From Candidatus Eremiobacteria bacterium (GTDB lineage Bacteria; Vulcanimicrobiota; Vulcanimicrobiia; Vulcanimicrobiales; Vulcanimicrobiaceae): a stretch of 64,000 nt of DNA. Location of the stretch: the NCBI GenBank assembly GCA_963758295.1, contig CAVWUU010000002.1:64001-128000 (forward strand), in the 5' to 3' direction. The position numbers and the translations under genes are program-made. Shown one piece after another: positions 44,581 through 55,098 of this stretch; within the stretch, counting starts at the first letter, position 1, and each line of letters starts with the position of its first letter. Below the pieces are notes generated by a model. It ran no database searches, had not been told where the DNA came from, and saw only the letters and a program-made list of their open reading frames with translations.

Positions 44581-45720
44581 ATGGACTTGGGCGATACGAT
44601 CGCCGAAACTCAGCACGTTTTCGCAGACGCGCTACCGGTACTCGTAATGATGTCTGATCCGAGCGGCGTCGTGAACTTCTTCAATACCGCGTGGTTCCAG
44701 TACACCGGCCAGCCGAGATTCGATCGCGACGTGACTGAGGAATGGCGCAAATACATTCACCCGGACGACGTTCCGATCGTGGGAGCCGCTTGGTATGCTG
44801 CCATGGAGAGCGGCAAAGACGTCGCGGTCGAGTACCGCGTCTACCACGCAGCATCGGGCGAATGGCGTTGGTTCTCGGCACACGCGCATGCCCTGCGCGA
44901 CGCAGCCGGAAAAATCGTTCAGTGGATCGGCACGGCGATGGAGATCCACGAAGTCCGGCAAGCCAATGCGGCGCTGGAAGCGCTTTATCGCCACGAGCGC
45001 CAAGTAGCGACGTCGTTTCAGGAGGCCGCGCTGCCCGAGGGCCTCCCGACGCTCCCGGGCATGAGCTTGGACGCGGTCTACCAGCCTAGTTCCAACCTGT
45101 TGGTGGGCGGCGACTGGTACGATGCGTTTGCGCTCTCGAACGGTGCGGTTGCCATAGCTGTCGGCGACGTAACAGGGCACGGGCTCGAAGCAGCCGTGCT
45201 GATGAGTAAACTTCGACAATCGTTTAGGGCCGTTACGATTCGCGCCGCGCAGTTCGAAAATCGAGACCCCGGCTCCATCGTCGCCTCGGTTGAGCAGACG
45301 ATGTTGATGGAAAACACTGACTTCACGGCAAGCGTCTTTTTCGGCATCGTCGATTCCGAGCTGCACGTTCTGGAATATTCCAGCGCAGGACATCCGCCGG
45401 CAGTTCTGCTTCGTCTCGACGGAACGGTCGAACTCCTTAGTAATGGCGATATGCTGTTGGGATTTCCCGAAGCAGCTCCCAGAACGTCGGCGAAAGTTTC
45501 GCTAGCAAACGCGCAAGCATTAGTGTGTTATACCGACGGTCTAACCGAGGCTTCGCGCGACGTTTTTGAAGGTGAAGCGAGATTACACGATGCCGTTAAA
45601 ACGTGGCACGTGACGTCTCAGGCAAAGCCGGCGTCGCACGTTTTGGAAGAAGTCGTAAAAACGCCGGCTGCGGACGACATCGCGATATTGACCGTGACGT
45701 TTGCGTCACGTGCACGCTAG
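44581..45720 (+). CDS. PAS-SpoIIE/PP2C phosphatase
   Basis: PAS (FNTAW, IHPDD, WRWF), GGDWYD, GDVTGHG, YTDGL, DDIA. Confidence 0.88.
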   Translation: MDLGDTIAETQHVFADALPVLVMMSDPSGVVNFFNTAWFQYTGQPRFDRDVTEEWRKYIHPDDVPIVGAAWYAAMESGKDVAVEYRVYHAASGEWRWFSAHAHALRDAAGKIVQWIGTAMEIHEVRQANAALEALYRHERQVATSFQEAALPEGLPTLPGMSLDAVYQPSSNLLVGGDWYDAFALSNGAVAIAVGDVTGHGLEAAVLMSKLRQSFRAVTIRAAQFENRDPGSIVASVEQTMLMENTDFTASVFFGIVDSELHVLEYSSAGHPPAVLLRLDGTVELLSNGDMLLGFPEAAPRTSAKVSLANAQALVCYTDGLTEASRDVFEGEARLHDAVKTWHVTSQAKPASHVLEEVVKTPAADDIAILTVTFASRAR

Positions 45721-45956
45721 AAAATCTTCATCATAGAAGCAAGCTCGCCGGCAAATTGGAGTGATTTAGCTAGGCCACTCCATGGGCGGTATGCCGCCAA
45801 CTCCCGTGATGACACCTAAAGCGGCCGCCATCACCCCCTCTATTGCGAAATGTAACGCTTTCTGGGTCCCGCTGACGGCAAAAGGCAGAGGCGATCGATT
45901 TCGGAAGCTGGATTGCAGGCGGCTGCCACAATGGAACGGCGGGGTAAGGCTGCCGA

Positions 45957-47288
45957 CTACGCCGTAACGTCGCGCGAGATGGCATCCCGGTACCAGTAGC
46001 CGCTATCCTTGATGGTCCGCTTTTGCGTTGCATAATCGACGTGAATCAAGCCAAAACGCGGGCGGTATCCCTCGGCCCATTCAAAATTGTCCATCAAAGA
46101 CCAAACAAAGTATCCTTTTAGCGGGATGCCGGCCTCGAGTGCGCGACGCAACTGTTCGAAATGCATCTGAAGGTACGCAATACGCTTCGTATCGCGAATG
46201 CGACCGTCGCTATCAATGGTATCCGCATATGCCGCGCCGTTTTCCGTAACGAAAATAGCCGGCGGCCGATACGTGTCGTAAACACGTTTCAAAACGTCGA
46301 ATAAGCCCTCGGGATAAAGCGTCCATCCCATCTGCGTGCGTTCCCCGCCGGGCCGGTCTACGTCGGCAAGCGGATCGAGGCTGATGCTTCCGGCCTTCAA
46401 ACGAAACTTCGTGTAGTAGTTGACCCCAATGAAATCAATCGGCTGCGCGATCGTTTTCATATCACCATCCAGTATGCGAATCTGTTCCGGCGACATTCCG
46501 GGCAAGAACAACGCGGGATAACGGCCGCGATAAATAGGGTCCAAAAACCACGAATTAACGTTTGCGTCAGCCGCATCCGCCAGATGCTGCTCCGCTTCGC
46601 TCGCCGGCTCGATGGGGCTCAGGTTTACAGTGATGCCGACAGTGGCATCTTCAACGTTTCGACGAACAGCCGAAACGGCCAGGCCATGGGCGACGAGCAA
46701 GTGATGCGACACTTGCAGCGCCAGGCGCGGGTCGCGAAATCCAGGAGCGTGTTTCCCTTCGCCGTAACCAAGCCACGCGATAACCCACGGCTCGTTCAAT
46801 GTAGTCCAAGCTTTTACGCGGTCGCCGAGCGCACTCGATACAGTATCGGCATACTCGACAAACGGCTCAATGATGTCGCGGCCTATCCACCCGCCGAAAC
46901 GATCTTGTAGTACTTGGGGCAAATCCCAATGATAGATCGTTGCGTATGCGTCGATATTCTTCTGAGCCAACTTCTCTAGCAGGCGCTTGTAAAAATCGAG
47001 GCCTCGGTGATTGACTTTTCCCACGCCGTCCGGCAATATGCGCGACCAGGAAAGCGAGAAACGATAGGCGTTCACGCCGAGTTCTGCCATGAGCTCGACG
47101 TCTTCATCCATTCGGTGGTAATGATCGTCGGCAATGTCGCCCGTTTCACCATTCGCGATCGCGCCCGGTATGCCAACAAACGTATCCCAGATGCTGCGCG
47201 AACGCCCATCCTCATTAACGGCGCCTTCAATTTGATATGAAGCGGTCGCGGTTCCCCAGGCAAAGTGCGCCGGCCATGGTTTCGTCAT
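45957..47288 (-). CDS. GH1 beta-glucosidase
   Basis: TASYQIEG, NEP, TENG, WSLMDNFEW. Confidence 0.95.
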   Translation of the reverse strand: MTKPWPAHFAWGTATASYQIEGAVNEDGRSRSIWDTFVGIPGAIANGETGDIADDHYHRMDEDVELMAELGVNAYRFSLSWSRILPDGVGKVNHRGLDFYKRLLEKLAQKNIDAYATIYHWDLPQVLQDRFGGWIGRDIIEPFVEYADTVSSALGDRVKAWTTLNEPWVIAWLGYGEGKHAPGFRDPRLALQVSHHLLVAHGLAVSAVRRNVEDATVGITVNLSPIEPASEAEQHLADAADANVNSWFLDPIYRGRYPALFLPGMSPEQIRILDGDMKTIAQPIDFIGVNYYTKFRLKAGSISLDPLADVDRPGGERTQMGWTLYPEGLFDVLKRVYDTYRPPAIFVTENGAAYADTIDSDGRIRDTKRIAYLQMHFEQLRRALEAGIPLKGYFVWSLMDNFEWAEGYRPRFGLIHVDYATQKRTIKDSGYWYRDAISRDVTA

Positions 47289-48010
47289 GCTAGCGCCAGC
47301 CGCGAACGAAGCTTCAGCGCGTCCTCAGCTGCCGCTCCGGATGCGGTATTGTCAAAGATACACCACACCTCGTTTGGCGCCGTTGAAATCATGGTGGCGA
47401 CATCGTTGAGACGGTCGTCGGAATACGACGAATAGTAAACACGCGGAGCACCGTGTAAGCGAAAATACCTGATCCCGGTCCAACCGCCCGGCGCCTCTGC
47501 GCCGGGAGCGCGCGCAGGGTCCGCGCCGACCCGCGCAACGCGCCACGCCTCCAGCAACGCGTCGACCTGCGGCGTAAACCACGACGCGTGCCGGGGCTCG
47601 CACACGATGGGCCGCGCGCCGCCGTCGCTGCAGAACTCGAAGAATCTATTCATCCGTCCTTCTTCGAACTCAAAACTCGGCGGCAACTGTAATAGCAGCA
47701 CGCGACGCTTCTCACCGAGGCCCGCGCTCTCGTCGAGAAACTGCTTCAGCTCATCGCCGCAGTCGACGCACCGCTTTTGATGCGAAACTACTTTCGGAAT
47801 CTTCACGGAAAACGCAAAGTCCGCTGGGACGGCTGACGACCACCGCTCGTAGGTAGAACGACGGTGAGCTCGATAGAACGACGAGTTGATCTCGGCCGCA
47901 CTCATGACGCGTGCGTAACGTTCCAAGTGCGGGCCGTCCCCCGGAAAGTACCCGGCGAGGGACACGGGGATCGACCATCCCGCCGTACCGATGAAAGCAG
48001 CGGTGGTCAC
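47285..48010 (-). CDS. DUF72 domain protein
   Basis: IGTAGW, EINSSFY, SVK, LQLPPS, EPRH, RLHG, FDN. Confidence 0.88.
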   Translation of the reverse strand: MTTAAFIGTAGWSIPVSLAGYFPGDGPHLERYARVMSAAEINSSFYRAHRRSTYERWSSAVPADFAFSVKIPKVVSHQKRCVDCGDELKQFLDESAGLGEKRRVLLLQLPPSFEFEEGRMNRFFEFCSDGGARPIVCEPRHASWFTPQVDALLEAWRVARVGADPARAPGAEAPGGWTGIRYFRLHGAPRVYYSSYSDDRLNDVATMISTAPNEVWCIFDNTASGAAAEDALKLRSRLALA

Positions 48011-48180
48011 GCCTTCTCTCGACCAGATTGCGCGACGATGTAACAGCCGGCACCGAATGCGCCCATGATGAATCCGCAGAGCAGATCCAGCGACTGCCCG
48101 ATGACCAGTCCCGTAACTACGAGAATGAACCCTAGCGTCATGAAAAGCAGACCGAGGATGATGCGAAGGTCGATGTCCAT
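48007..48180 (-). CDS. Small two-TM partner of the sodium:solute symporter
   Basis: MDIDLRIILGLLF..., coupled to SSS stop. Confidence 0.65.
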   Translation of the reverse strand: MDIDLRIILGLLFMTLGFILVVTGLVIGQSLDLLCGFIMGAFGAGCYIVAQSGREKA

Positions 48181-49904
48181 CAGCGAAATACCACATTGAG
48201 GATTAGGCAACCGGCGAGCACGATGATGCCAAGCACGGCGGGCCGCATGAACCATTGTACCCCGCGATCGTCGGGCCGGGGCGTCAACGCGGAGACGAGC
48301 CCCTCCAGTTCGTGATCGGGACGCGGCTTAGTCACAAGACTTACCAGAATCGTGACGACGAAGCACGTGCACCATGCAAAGATCGCCGTGTAGAAGTTCT
48401 GCGCCATCTCGCTTGGATAGGTGTGCACCACAGCGATCCATCCGCCTTTGATTCCAACGTGATCGCCCACGGGCAGCGTCAACCCTTGATGCAGCGCCGC
48501 GGCGACCGTGCCGGCAATCAATCCGAAGAATGCGCCGTTGGCCGTGGCGCGCTTCCAAAACATCCCAAGTAAGAACGTCGCAAAGAGCGGCGCATTCACG
48601 AATGCGAAGACGAGCTGAAGGACGTCCATGATGTTGTTGAACTGGGCCGCGAGGTATGCCGCCGCGATTGAGGCGACAATGCCGAAGAGCGTCGCAAGGC
48701 GGCCGACGAAGACGTAATGTGCATCGCTCGCGCCTTTGCGAATGTATGACTCGTAGATGTCGTACGTCCACACGGTATTGAATGCCGTTACGTTTCCCGC
48801 CATCCCCGACATAAAACTCGCCAACAGCGCCGCCAGGCCGATGCCTAGTAACCCTGCGGGAAAGTAATGCTCCAGCATCACCGGGATAACAAGATTGAAA
48901 TCGTACACCGCATGTCCGCCGGCATCGTGCACGATCGTTCCGTCCACATTTGTCTGGAACGGAATCAATCCGGCGAGCGGACCGTGACCGCCGAACCCCT
49001 GCGGCGTTAGTGCGATGGCGATAATGCCCGGCAGAATCACGAGGAACGGAAAGAACATTTTCGGGATAGCGGCAAAAACCGGCGTAAGGCGCGCGTCGTT
49101 GATGGAGTCGGCAGCCATCGCGCGCTGAACGACCAGATAATCCGTACACCAATAACCGAACGAAAGCACGAATCCGAGTCCCATAATCAGGCCGAATGCA
49201 TCAACGCCAAGCAGATTGGTTGAGGGATTGTTCATCCCTTGCCATGCGTGTGTATACTCCGCAGGCAGCGTGTGCACGATGCCCTGCCAGCCGCCTACAT
49301 TATGGAGCCCGATCAGCACCAGGGGCAAGAATCCGGCTACGATTAAAAAGAATTGCAATACCTCGTTATAGATTGCGCTGCGCAGGCCGCCGGCGTAAAT
49401 GTAAAGCAGCACGATTACGGCCGAGATGCCGATCGAGAGCGGCAGGCTATCCACGACGTGCAGGGTCTGCAGAAGACGCGCCATCGCGTACATCGAGATT
49501 CCGGACGAGAAGACGGTCATCACCGCAAAGGTAATCGCGTTGAAACCACGAGTCTTTTCGTCGAAGCGCAACTTCAAATATTCCGGCACCGACCGCGCGC
49601 GCGACCCATAGTAATACGGCATCATGAAGATCCCGATAAAGAGCATCGCCGGGATTGCGCCGATCCAATAGAAGTGCGCGGTGGAGATGCCGTATTTCGC
49701 GCCGGAGGCCGCCATGCCGATCACTTCTTGCGCGCCAAGATTCGCCGAGATAAATGCCAGTGCAGTAATCCACGAAGGCAGCGAACGCCCGGCTAAAAAG
49801 AAGTCGGAGCCGGTGCGCGCCTTACGCGCGAGTATGAACCCGGTGCCGAGCACGAAAGCAAAGTAGACCGCTACGATCAGCCAATCGACAAATGCTAGAT
49901 GCAT
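48180..49904 (-). CDS. Sodium:solute symporter family (sugar) transporter
   Basis: FFLAGRS, SANLGA, YWCTDYLVVQRAMAA. Confidence 0.92.
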   Translation of the reverse strand: MHLAFVDWLIVAVYFAFVLGTGFILARKARTGSDFFLAGRSLPSWITALAFISANLGAQEVIGMAASGAKYGISTAHFYWIGAIPAMLFIGIFMMPYYYGSRARSVPEYLKLRFDEKTRGFNAITFAVMTVFSSGISMYAMARLLQTLHVVDSLPLSIGISAVIVLLYIYAGGLRSAIYNEVLQFFLIVAGFLPLVLIGLHNVGGWQGIVHTLPAEYTHAWQGMNNPSTNLLGVDAFGLIMGLGFVLSFGYWCTDYLVVQRAMAADSINDARLTPVFAAIPKMFFPFLVILPGIIAIALTPQGFGGHGPLAGLIPFQTNVDGTIVHDAGGHAVYDFNLVIPVMLEHYFPAGLLGIGLAALLASFMSGMAGNVTAFNTVWTYDIYESYIRKGASDAHYVFVGRLATLFGIVASIAAAYLAAQFNNIMDVLQLVFAFVNAPLFATFLLGMFWKRATANGAFFGLIAGTVAAALHQGLTLPVGDHVGIKGGWIAVVHTYPSEMAQNFYTAIFAWCTCFVVTILVSLVTKPRPDHELEGLVSALTPRPDDRGVQWFMRPAVLGIIVLAGCLILNVVFR

Positions 49905-49949
49905 TACGTTCCTTTCCCGGTTTCTTACGTCTCATCCTGACGAAATCGA

Positions 49950-49977
49950 AAGCCCGCCGAGATCTCCGGCGGGCTTC
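49950..49977 (-). terminator. Probable terminator
   Basis: AAGCCCGCCG...CGGCGGGCTT inverted repeat downstream of the VPS10 gene. Confidence 0.6.
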
Positions 49978-50016
49978 CTTTATGGCGATCTTTCGAGGTC
50001 GCTCAGGGCGAGGATA

Positions 50017-53000
50017 CTACATTCGTGCGGCTGCCTTGATTTGAGCGATCGCCGTGTCCGCCTGACCCTCCAGTTGCTTCGCCGCATCTTGTTCAGCGGC
50101 GGTCGGCGCCGAGTACGAGACATCGAGCGAGTTCATCAGCATCGCGAGGTGATCGCGCAGCTTGGAGGGCAGCATGATATCCGCCTCGCTCGACCGATAT
50201 CGCGGCTCATACACCAACGTGACCGCTTTTTCGACGGCAGCACGCTTCGACGGGGCGAGCGACGCCATCTTGTTTTGCGCCGCGTTGACCGTTGTGTCGA
50301 GTTCGTTGATCTTGTTCGAAAGCTCCATTGCGAGCGACAGACGCGAAGGCAGTTCATCTGCCGCCGGATTGAAGCGTGGATCGAGCTGGATCTTGAACGG
50401 CGCTTTGGTTACGGTGCCCCCGTAATTCAATACGACGGTATAGTCACCGGGAAGCGTGGTGGGGCCCAGCAGATCGTCTCGGAAGTCCTCGGTCGGCACG
50501 ATATGCTGACCGGCGATTTCCGCAGCCGGCGTATAGCGCATATCCCAGAGGAACTTGTTCATTCCGGGCTGCGCCGCCGTCTGTCGCGAGAGGTTGTAGT
50601 TGCCGGCGCTGATTGCGTCCATTGCGCCAAGCTGCCAGCCTTCGTACTTTTTCGCCTTTTTGTTCTTCAGATGCAGATTGAAGCTGCGAATCGTTTTGCC
50701 GCTTGTGTCTTCGAACGAAAGCGTAACGGGTGTGCGCCCATTGTAGTTTGAGGGAAGATTGAAGAACACGCTGACGCCATAATCGGGATTGTCACCGGAC
50801 GGACCAAAACCGCCCCCGCCGTATGCGTGCGTCAGCCACGCCGTTTCGGGCTGGAAGACTTGCGCAGACGAGATGGAGGGCGACGATTCGCGAGCGACGT
50901 CTTCGATCTGCTGCAGATGATCGAGCGCCCAGAACGACCGGCCATGGGTTGCAATCGCGACTTCACCTTCGCGAGCGTTGATCGCAATATCGCGCACTTC
51001 GACCGGCGGAAGGTTCAACGCGAGCGACTGCCACGATTGGCCGCTATTGAGGCTGACATAAACGCGGCTGCGCGTGCCGGCGAACATAACGCGCGGCTCA
51101 CGCGGATCGACGCGCACGGCGAAGACGGACTGGTCCGAGGGAATGCCGTTGGTCATTTGCGTCCAATTTGCGCCACAATCCGTCGTTTTGAAGATGTAAG
51201 GGCGCATATCGTCCCACATGTAGCGAGACACCGTGGTCCATGCAGTACACGCGTCGGTTAGCGATGGTTCAAAACTGCTGATTTGAGACCACTGAGAACC
51301 GAGCTGTTTCGGCGTGACGTTTTTCCAGTTCGTGCCGCCGTCTTGCGTTACGTGAACGAGACCGTCAGCCGAACCGGCCCAGATAATATCTTTGTTCACC
51401 GGCGAAAAGCCAAGTGAGGCGATGTCCGGAAACGTTTCAGCACCCGTTTGGTCCCAATAGACGTTGCCGCCGCTCGGGCCCTCGGTCGACTTGACGTTGC
51501 GCGTCAAATCGGGACTGATAACTTTCCACGTGCGTCCGTAGTCATCGCTGCGGAAGACTACTTGCGCCGCTTCGAAGAGCGTATGCGGTTCCGCCGGCGA
51601 GAACATGATCGGATGCGTCCAACCAAACCGGTACTTTGTTTCGGCTGCAGCATGACCCGGAAGGTAGATCGCCCATGGCGTGACGTTCTTTTCGTCACCG
51701 GTGGCGTTGTCGAGGCGTGCGAGCACGCTATAGTAGGCACCGCCGTACGTCACGTTCGGATTGTTCGGATCGACCGCCACGTAAGTGCTTTCGCCGAGCG
51801 CGACGCCTTGAACGACGTTGTCACCCAGTCCTTGATTCGATGCACTCGGCATCTCGAACGCGCCTGCGTCCTGCATCGCGCCGTACATATGATAGGGGAA
51901 TTGGTTATCGAGCACAATGTGATAGAACTGCGACAACGGCTGATTCTGCGTCGTGCTAAACGTCTTGCCGTAGTCGACGGAAACGTTTGCGCCACCGTCG
52001 TCACCGATGATCAGCACCTTCGGGTTATGAGGATTGATCCAGACGATGTGGTTGTCACCGAGCCCGGGGCCAAGCGGCTTCCACGTGCGGCCGCCGTCTG
52101 TCGTGCGGAAGACGCTGTCAACGTTCGGCGCATACGCGACCTTTGAATTGGTCGGGTCGACATAGATGGCCATATAGTAGAACGCGCGCTGGCGAAGTTT
52201 CCATTCGTCGTTAACGCGCGTCCACGTTGCGCCGGCGTTATCCGAACGAAAGACGCCACCGTCTTGTGCTTGAGCGATCGCATAAACGACACTGGAGTTG
52301 TTCGGAGCAACGGCGACGCCCATCTTGCCGAGCATGCCTTTTGCGAATCCCGGATTCGATGAGATCTTCTTCCAGGTCTTGCCGGCGTCGATCGTCTTGT
52401 AGATCGCGCTGCCCGGACCGCCGCTATCCAGCGTCCACGCGGTGCGTTGAGCTTGCCACATCGTCGCGTACAGCACGTTCGAGTTCTTTGCGTCCATGAC
52501 GATGTTGTTTGCGCCGGTCTTGTCGTCGACGAAGAGCACTTTCTTCCACGTCTTGCCGCCATCGATCGTCTTATAGACGCCACGATCGGCATTGGGCACG
52601 AAGACATGGCCCATGGAGGTTGCATAGACGACATCGGGATTGCGAGGATCGATGACGATCGAACTGGTTTGGCGTGTCTCGCTCAAACCGGCATACTTCC
52701 AGGACTTGCCGGCGTCGGTCGACTTATAGATGCCTTCGCCGTTGGCCCAGTCGCCGCGGATATCGCTCTCGCCGGTTCCAACGTAAATCGTTTTGGGATT
52801 CGACGGAGCCACGGCGATCGCACCGATACTGTGCGAAATCGTCCCCATTTTTCCGTCCGTTATATTTTCCCAAGAGGTTCCGTAGTTTTCACTCTTCCAG
52901 ACGCCGCCTTGCACGCCGCCCATGTAGAAGAGATTCGGTTGGTCGGGCACGCCCGCGACCGCCACCACGCGGCCACCGATGTACGGACCGACTTGACGCC

Positions 53001-53109
53001 ATTCCATTTTGCTCATCAGCTTTTCTGATGCAGAGCCGGAGGCAGCGGGAACAGCACTTGGAGCCACGGCAAACGCCGCAGCTAGTAGAGTGGCAACAAA
53101 GCGCTTCAT
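50017..53109 (-). CDS. Secreted VPS10/BNR-repeat glycosyl hydrolase-like protein
   Basis: Signal peptide; many SxDxGxTW Asp-box repeats; ATHGRS. Confidence 0.85.
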   Translation of the reverse strand: MKRFVATLLAAAFAVAPSAVPAASGSASEKLMSKMEWRQVGPYIGGRVVAVAGVPDQPNLFYMGGVQGGVWKSENYGTSWENITDGKMGTISHSIGAIAVAPSNPKTIYVGTGESDIRGDWANGEGIYKSTDAGKSWKYAGLSETRQTSSIVIDPRNPDVVYATSMGHVFVPNADRGVYKTIDGGKTWKKVLFVDDKTGANNIVMDAKNSNVLYATMWQAQRTAWTLDSGGPGSAIYKTIDAGKTWKKISSNPGFAKGMLGKMGVAVAPNNSSVVYAIAQAQDGGVFRSDNAGATWTRVNDEWKLRQRAFYYMAIYVDPTNSKVAYAPNVDSVFRTTDGGRTWKPLGPGLGDNHIVWINPHNPKVLIIGDDGGANVSVDYGKTFSTTQNQPLSQFYHIVLDNQFPYHMYGAMQDAGAFEMPSASNQGLGDNVVQGVALGESTYVAVDPNNPNVTYGGAYYSVLARLDNATGDEKNVTPWAIYLPGHAAAETKYRFGWTHPIMFSPAEPHTLFEAAQVVFRSDDYGRTWKVISPDLTRNVKSTEGPSGGNVYWDQTGAETFPDIASLGFSPVNKDIIWAGSADGLVHVTQDGGTNWKNVTPKQLGSQWSQISSFEPSLTDACTAWTTVSRYMWDDMRPYIFKTTDCGANWTQMTNGIPSDQSVFAVRVDPREPRVMFAGTRSRVYVSLNSGQSWQSLALNLPPVEVRDIAINAREGEVAIATHGRSFWALDHLQQIEDVARESSPSISSAQVFQPETAWLTHAYGGGGFGPSGDNPDYGVSVFFNLPSNYNGRTPVTLSFEDTSGKTIRSFNLHLKNKKAKKYEGWQLGAMDAISAGNYNLSRQTAAQPGMNKFLWDMRYTPAAEIAGQHIVPTEDFRDDLLGPTTLPGDYTVVLNYGGTVTKAPFKIQLDPRFNPAADELPSRLSLAMELSNKINELDTTVNAAQNKMASLAPSKRAAVEKAVTLVYEPRYRSSEADIMLPSKLRDHLAMLMNSLDVSYSAPTAAEQDAAKQLEGQADTAIAQIKAAARM

Positions 53110-53300
53110 TTAGGCGCTATACCGCTGTTTTTTTGCCGGTTCCTTTATGTTGGTGCCGGCGAACTCGAAGGGCCGCGGCGATCCCCTAAAACCAGTTTTA
53201 CACCGGTAGCAACGCGTCAAACGCGACGGAACGACACGAGGCGTGCGGATTCCTGTAACGTAAATCTCCGTAGCGTGAACACTGTCGCAATGGAGGAAAC

Positions 53301-53390
53301 GTGATGCTCGCAGCATTCATCGATGGCCGAATCTTTGGAATGCTGTTCGTTGTGCTTCTAAGTGTCGCCGTAGCAGTAGGGATGATGTGA
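53301..53390 (+). CDS. Small single-TM protein (may extend to 53434 if there is an indel)
   Basis: GGAGG RBS; MMLAAFIDGRIFGMLFVVLLSVAVAVGMM. Confidence 0.45.
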   Translation: MMLAAFIDGRIFGMLFVVLLSVAVAVGMM

Positions 53391-53446
53391 GTCGCGATCT
53401 TCGTCGCAAGAAGAGCGACGAAGGACCGGTCTAAATAGCGCCGACA

Positions 53447-54227
53447 CTACTCGGCGTTTGCCAATTGAATCCATGTGGGCGCATGGTCACTGGTCTTTTC
53501 CTTTGCGCGGACGTCCCGATCGACGCCGGCTGCCAGCGAGACGCGTTTCAAGGCCGGGACTCAACAGTAGATGATCAATGCGTAGTCCCGCGTTGCGGCC
53601 GAACGAATTCCGGAAGTAGTCCCAAAAGGTGTAGATCCGCTCGTTTGGATAGAGCGTGCGCAGAGCGTCGGTCCACCCCTGCGCGGTGAGCCGGTGAAAC
53701 GCCTCGCGAACTTCCGGACGAAAGAGCGCGTCGTTGCGCCAACTCTCCGGCTTGTAGACGTCCAGATCCGTCGGCATGACGTTGAAGTCTCCGGCGAGGA
53801 CCACCGGCACGCGCCGCGCCAGGAGATTTGTGGAGTAGTCCGTCAACGCATCGAACCACGCCAGCTTGTAGTCGAACTTCGGGCCGGGAGCTGGGTTGCC
53901 GTTCGGCAAGTACAGGCACCCGATCAAAATGCCGTTTACGGAAGCTTCGATATAGCGTGAGTGCCCGGAATCGGGTTCGCCCGGCAAGCCCCGCTGGGTC
54001 TCGTGCGGTATTTCACCGCGCGTTAGAATGGCAACGCCGTTCCAGCTTTTCTGCCCGAGCCAGATTGCCCCATATCCCGCCTCCCGTATCGCGTCCTCCG
54101 GAAACTTTTCTTGCGGTGCCTTCAATTCCTGAAGGCACACAACGTCCGGTTTTTCCTGAGCGAGCCACTCGAGGAGGACGGGCAAACGTCCGTTGACGCC
54201 ATTCACGTTATACGTCGCAATTTTCAT
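53447..54227 (-). CDS. xth: Exodeoxyribonuclease III; apparent +1 indel near 53533
   Basis: MKIATYNVN, LQELK, GDFN, GLRIDH; shifted frame gives SDHAP. Confidence 0.9.
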
Positions 54228-54568
54228 TGGTCGATCTATTTCCACAAACCGCACCTGGCACGCTTTACGGGTGACCCGAGCGACCGTTCGAACATCTCCG
54301 TGGTCCACGGTCCTGCCCCTTATCTCAGCCGATATCTCTCGAAACGCAGCCTCCGACACGCCCCGGCGGGCTCAGCGACGCAAACATGTCGTCGAAAAAT
54401 CGACGCTGATACAGTGCACAAATTCGTTCGTTATCTCAAAATACCGGAAACCAACGAGACGGTGCTATCGCCTCAAAACGGACCGCAATCGGTTTCACGC
54501 CGGCATAGCTTGCGGTAAAACCGCTACCGTAATCACCTTGCCACCGTCAAACGCGGAGAAAACTTCCA

Positions 54569-55013
54569 ATGATGATCACGCATGAGCTACTCGTACGCAT
54601 TCTCAGCGATGAAGCGGGTTATGATCCAGAGACAGCAGCGGCAATCGCTACGACACTCTTGACGCTATTGGAAAAGCGCGGCCAAACAGAAGACGCGTTC
54701 GGGGCAGCGCGATTTCTCCAAGGACTTAGCGACGCTTGTAGGCTGCTGAGTTTAACACTCGACGACCTCAACGAGGCCGAGCGGCTTTTAAATGAATCTT
54801 GTGAAAAAACAGCGGTTCAATTCAGCGCCGAACAACGCGGTGCCATACTCGACGCCATAAGAGCCGGTATCGAGCTTGGACATGCTCTAAACCACCGGCA
54901 CGAACGAGCACGAGCACGATCACGGGCGCGAGCATCACAACGAACACGAACACGGACACGGGCATCAGCATGAACACGTGCATCAGCAGGGCGACTATGA
55001 CGCCGGTGATTAG
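54569..55013 (+). CDS. Hypothetical protein with His-rich C-terminal tail (frame change near 54905)
   Basis: Helical N-domain; +1 frame from 54906 reads EHEHDHGREHHNEHEHGHGHQHEHVHQQGDYDAGD*. Confidence 0.6.
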
Positions 55014-55098
55014 GATAACTCCAGGAGGCATTGGGCGAGGCACTAGATGACGTCGCCGATACTACGATTCGCAAGAAGTTCTCGCATCCGTCGCGATT

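Noticed and set aside
47289..47312. TAGCGCCAGC match to the tRNA-Glu 3' end as a distal att site
   Set aside because: Only 10 nt, and inside the DUF72/GH1 coding junction; likely chance.
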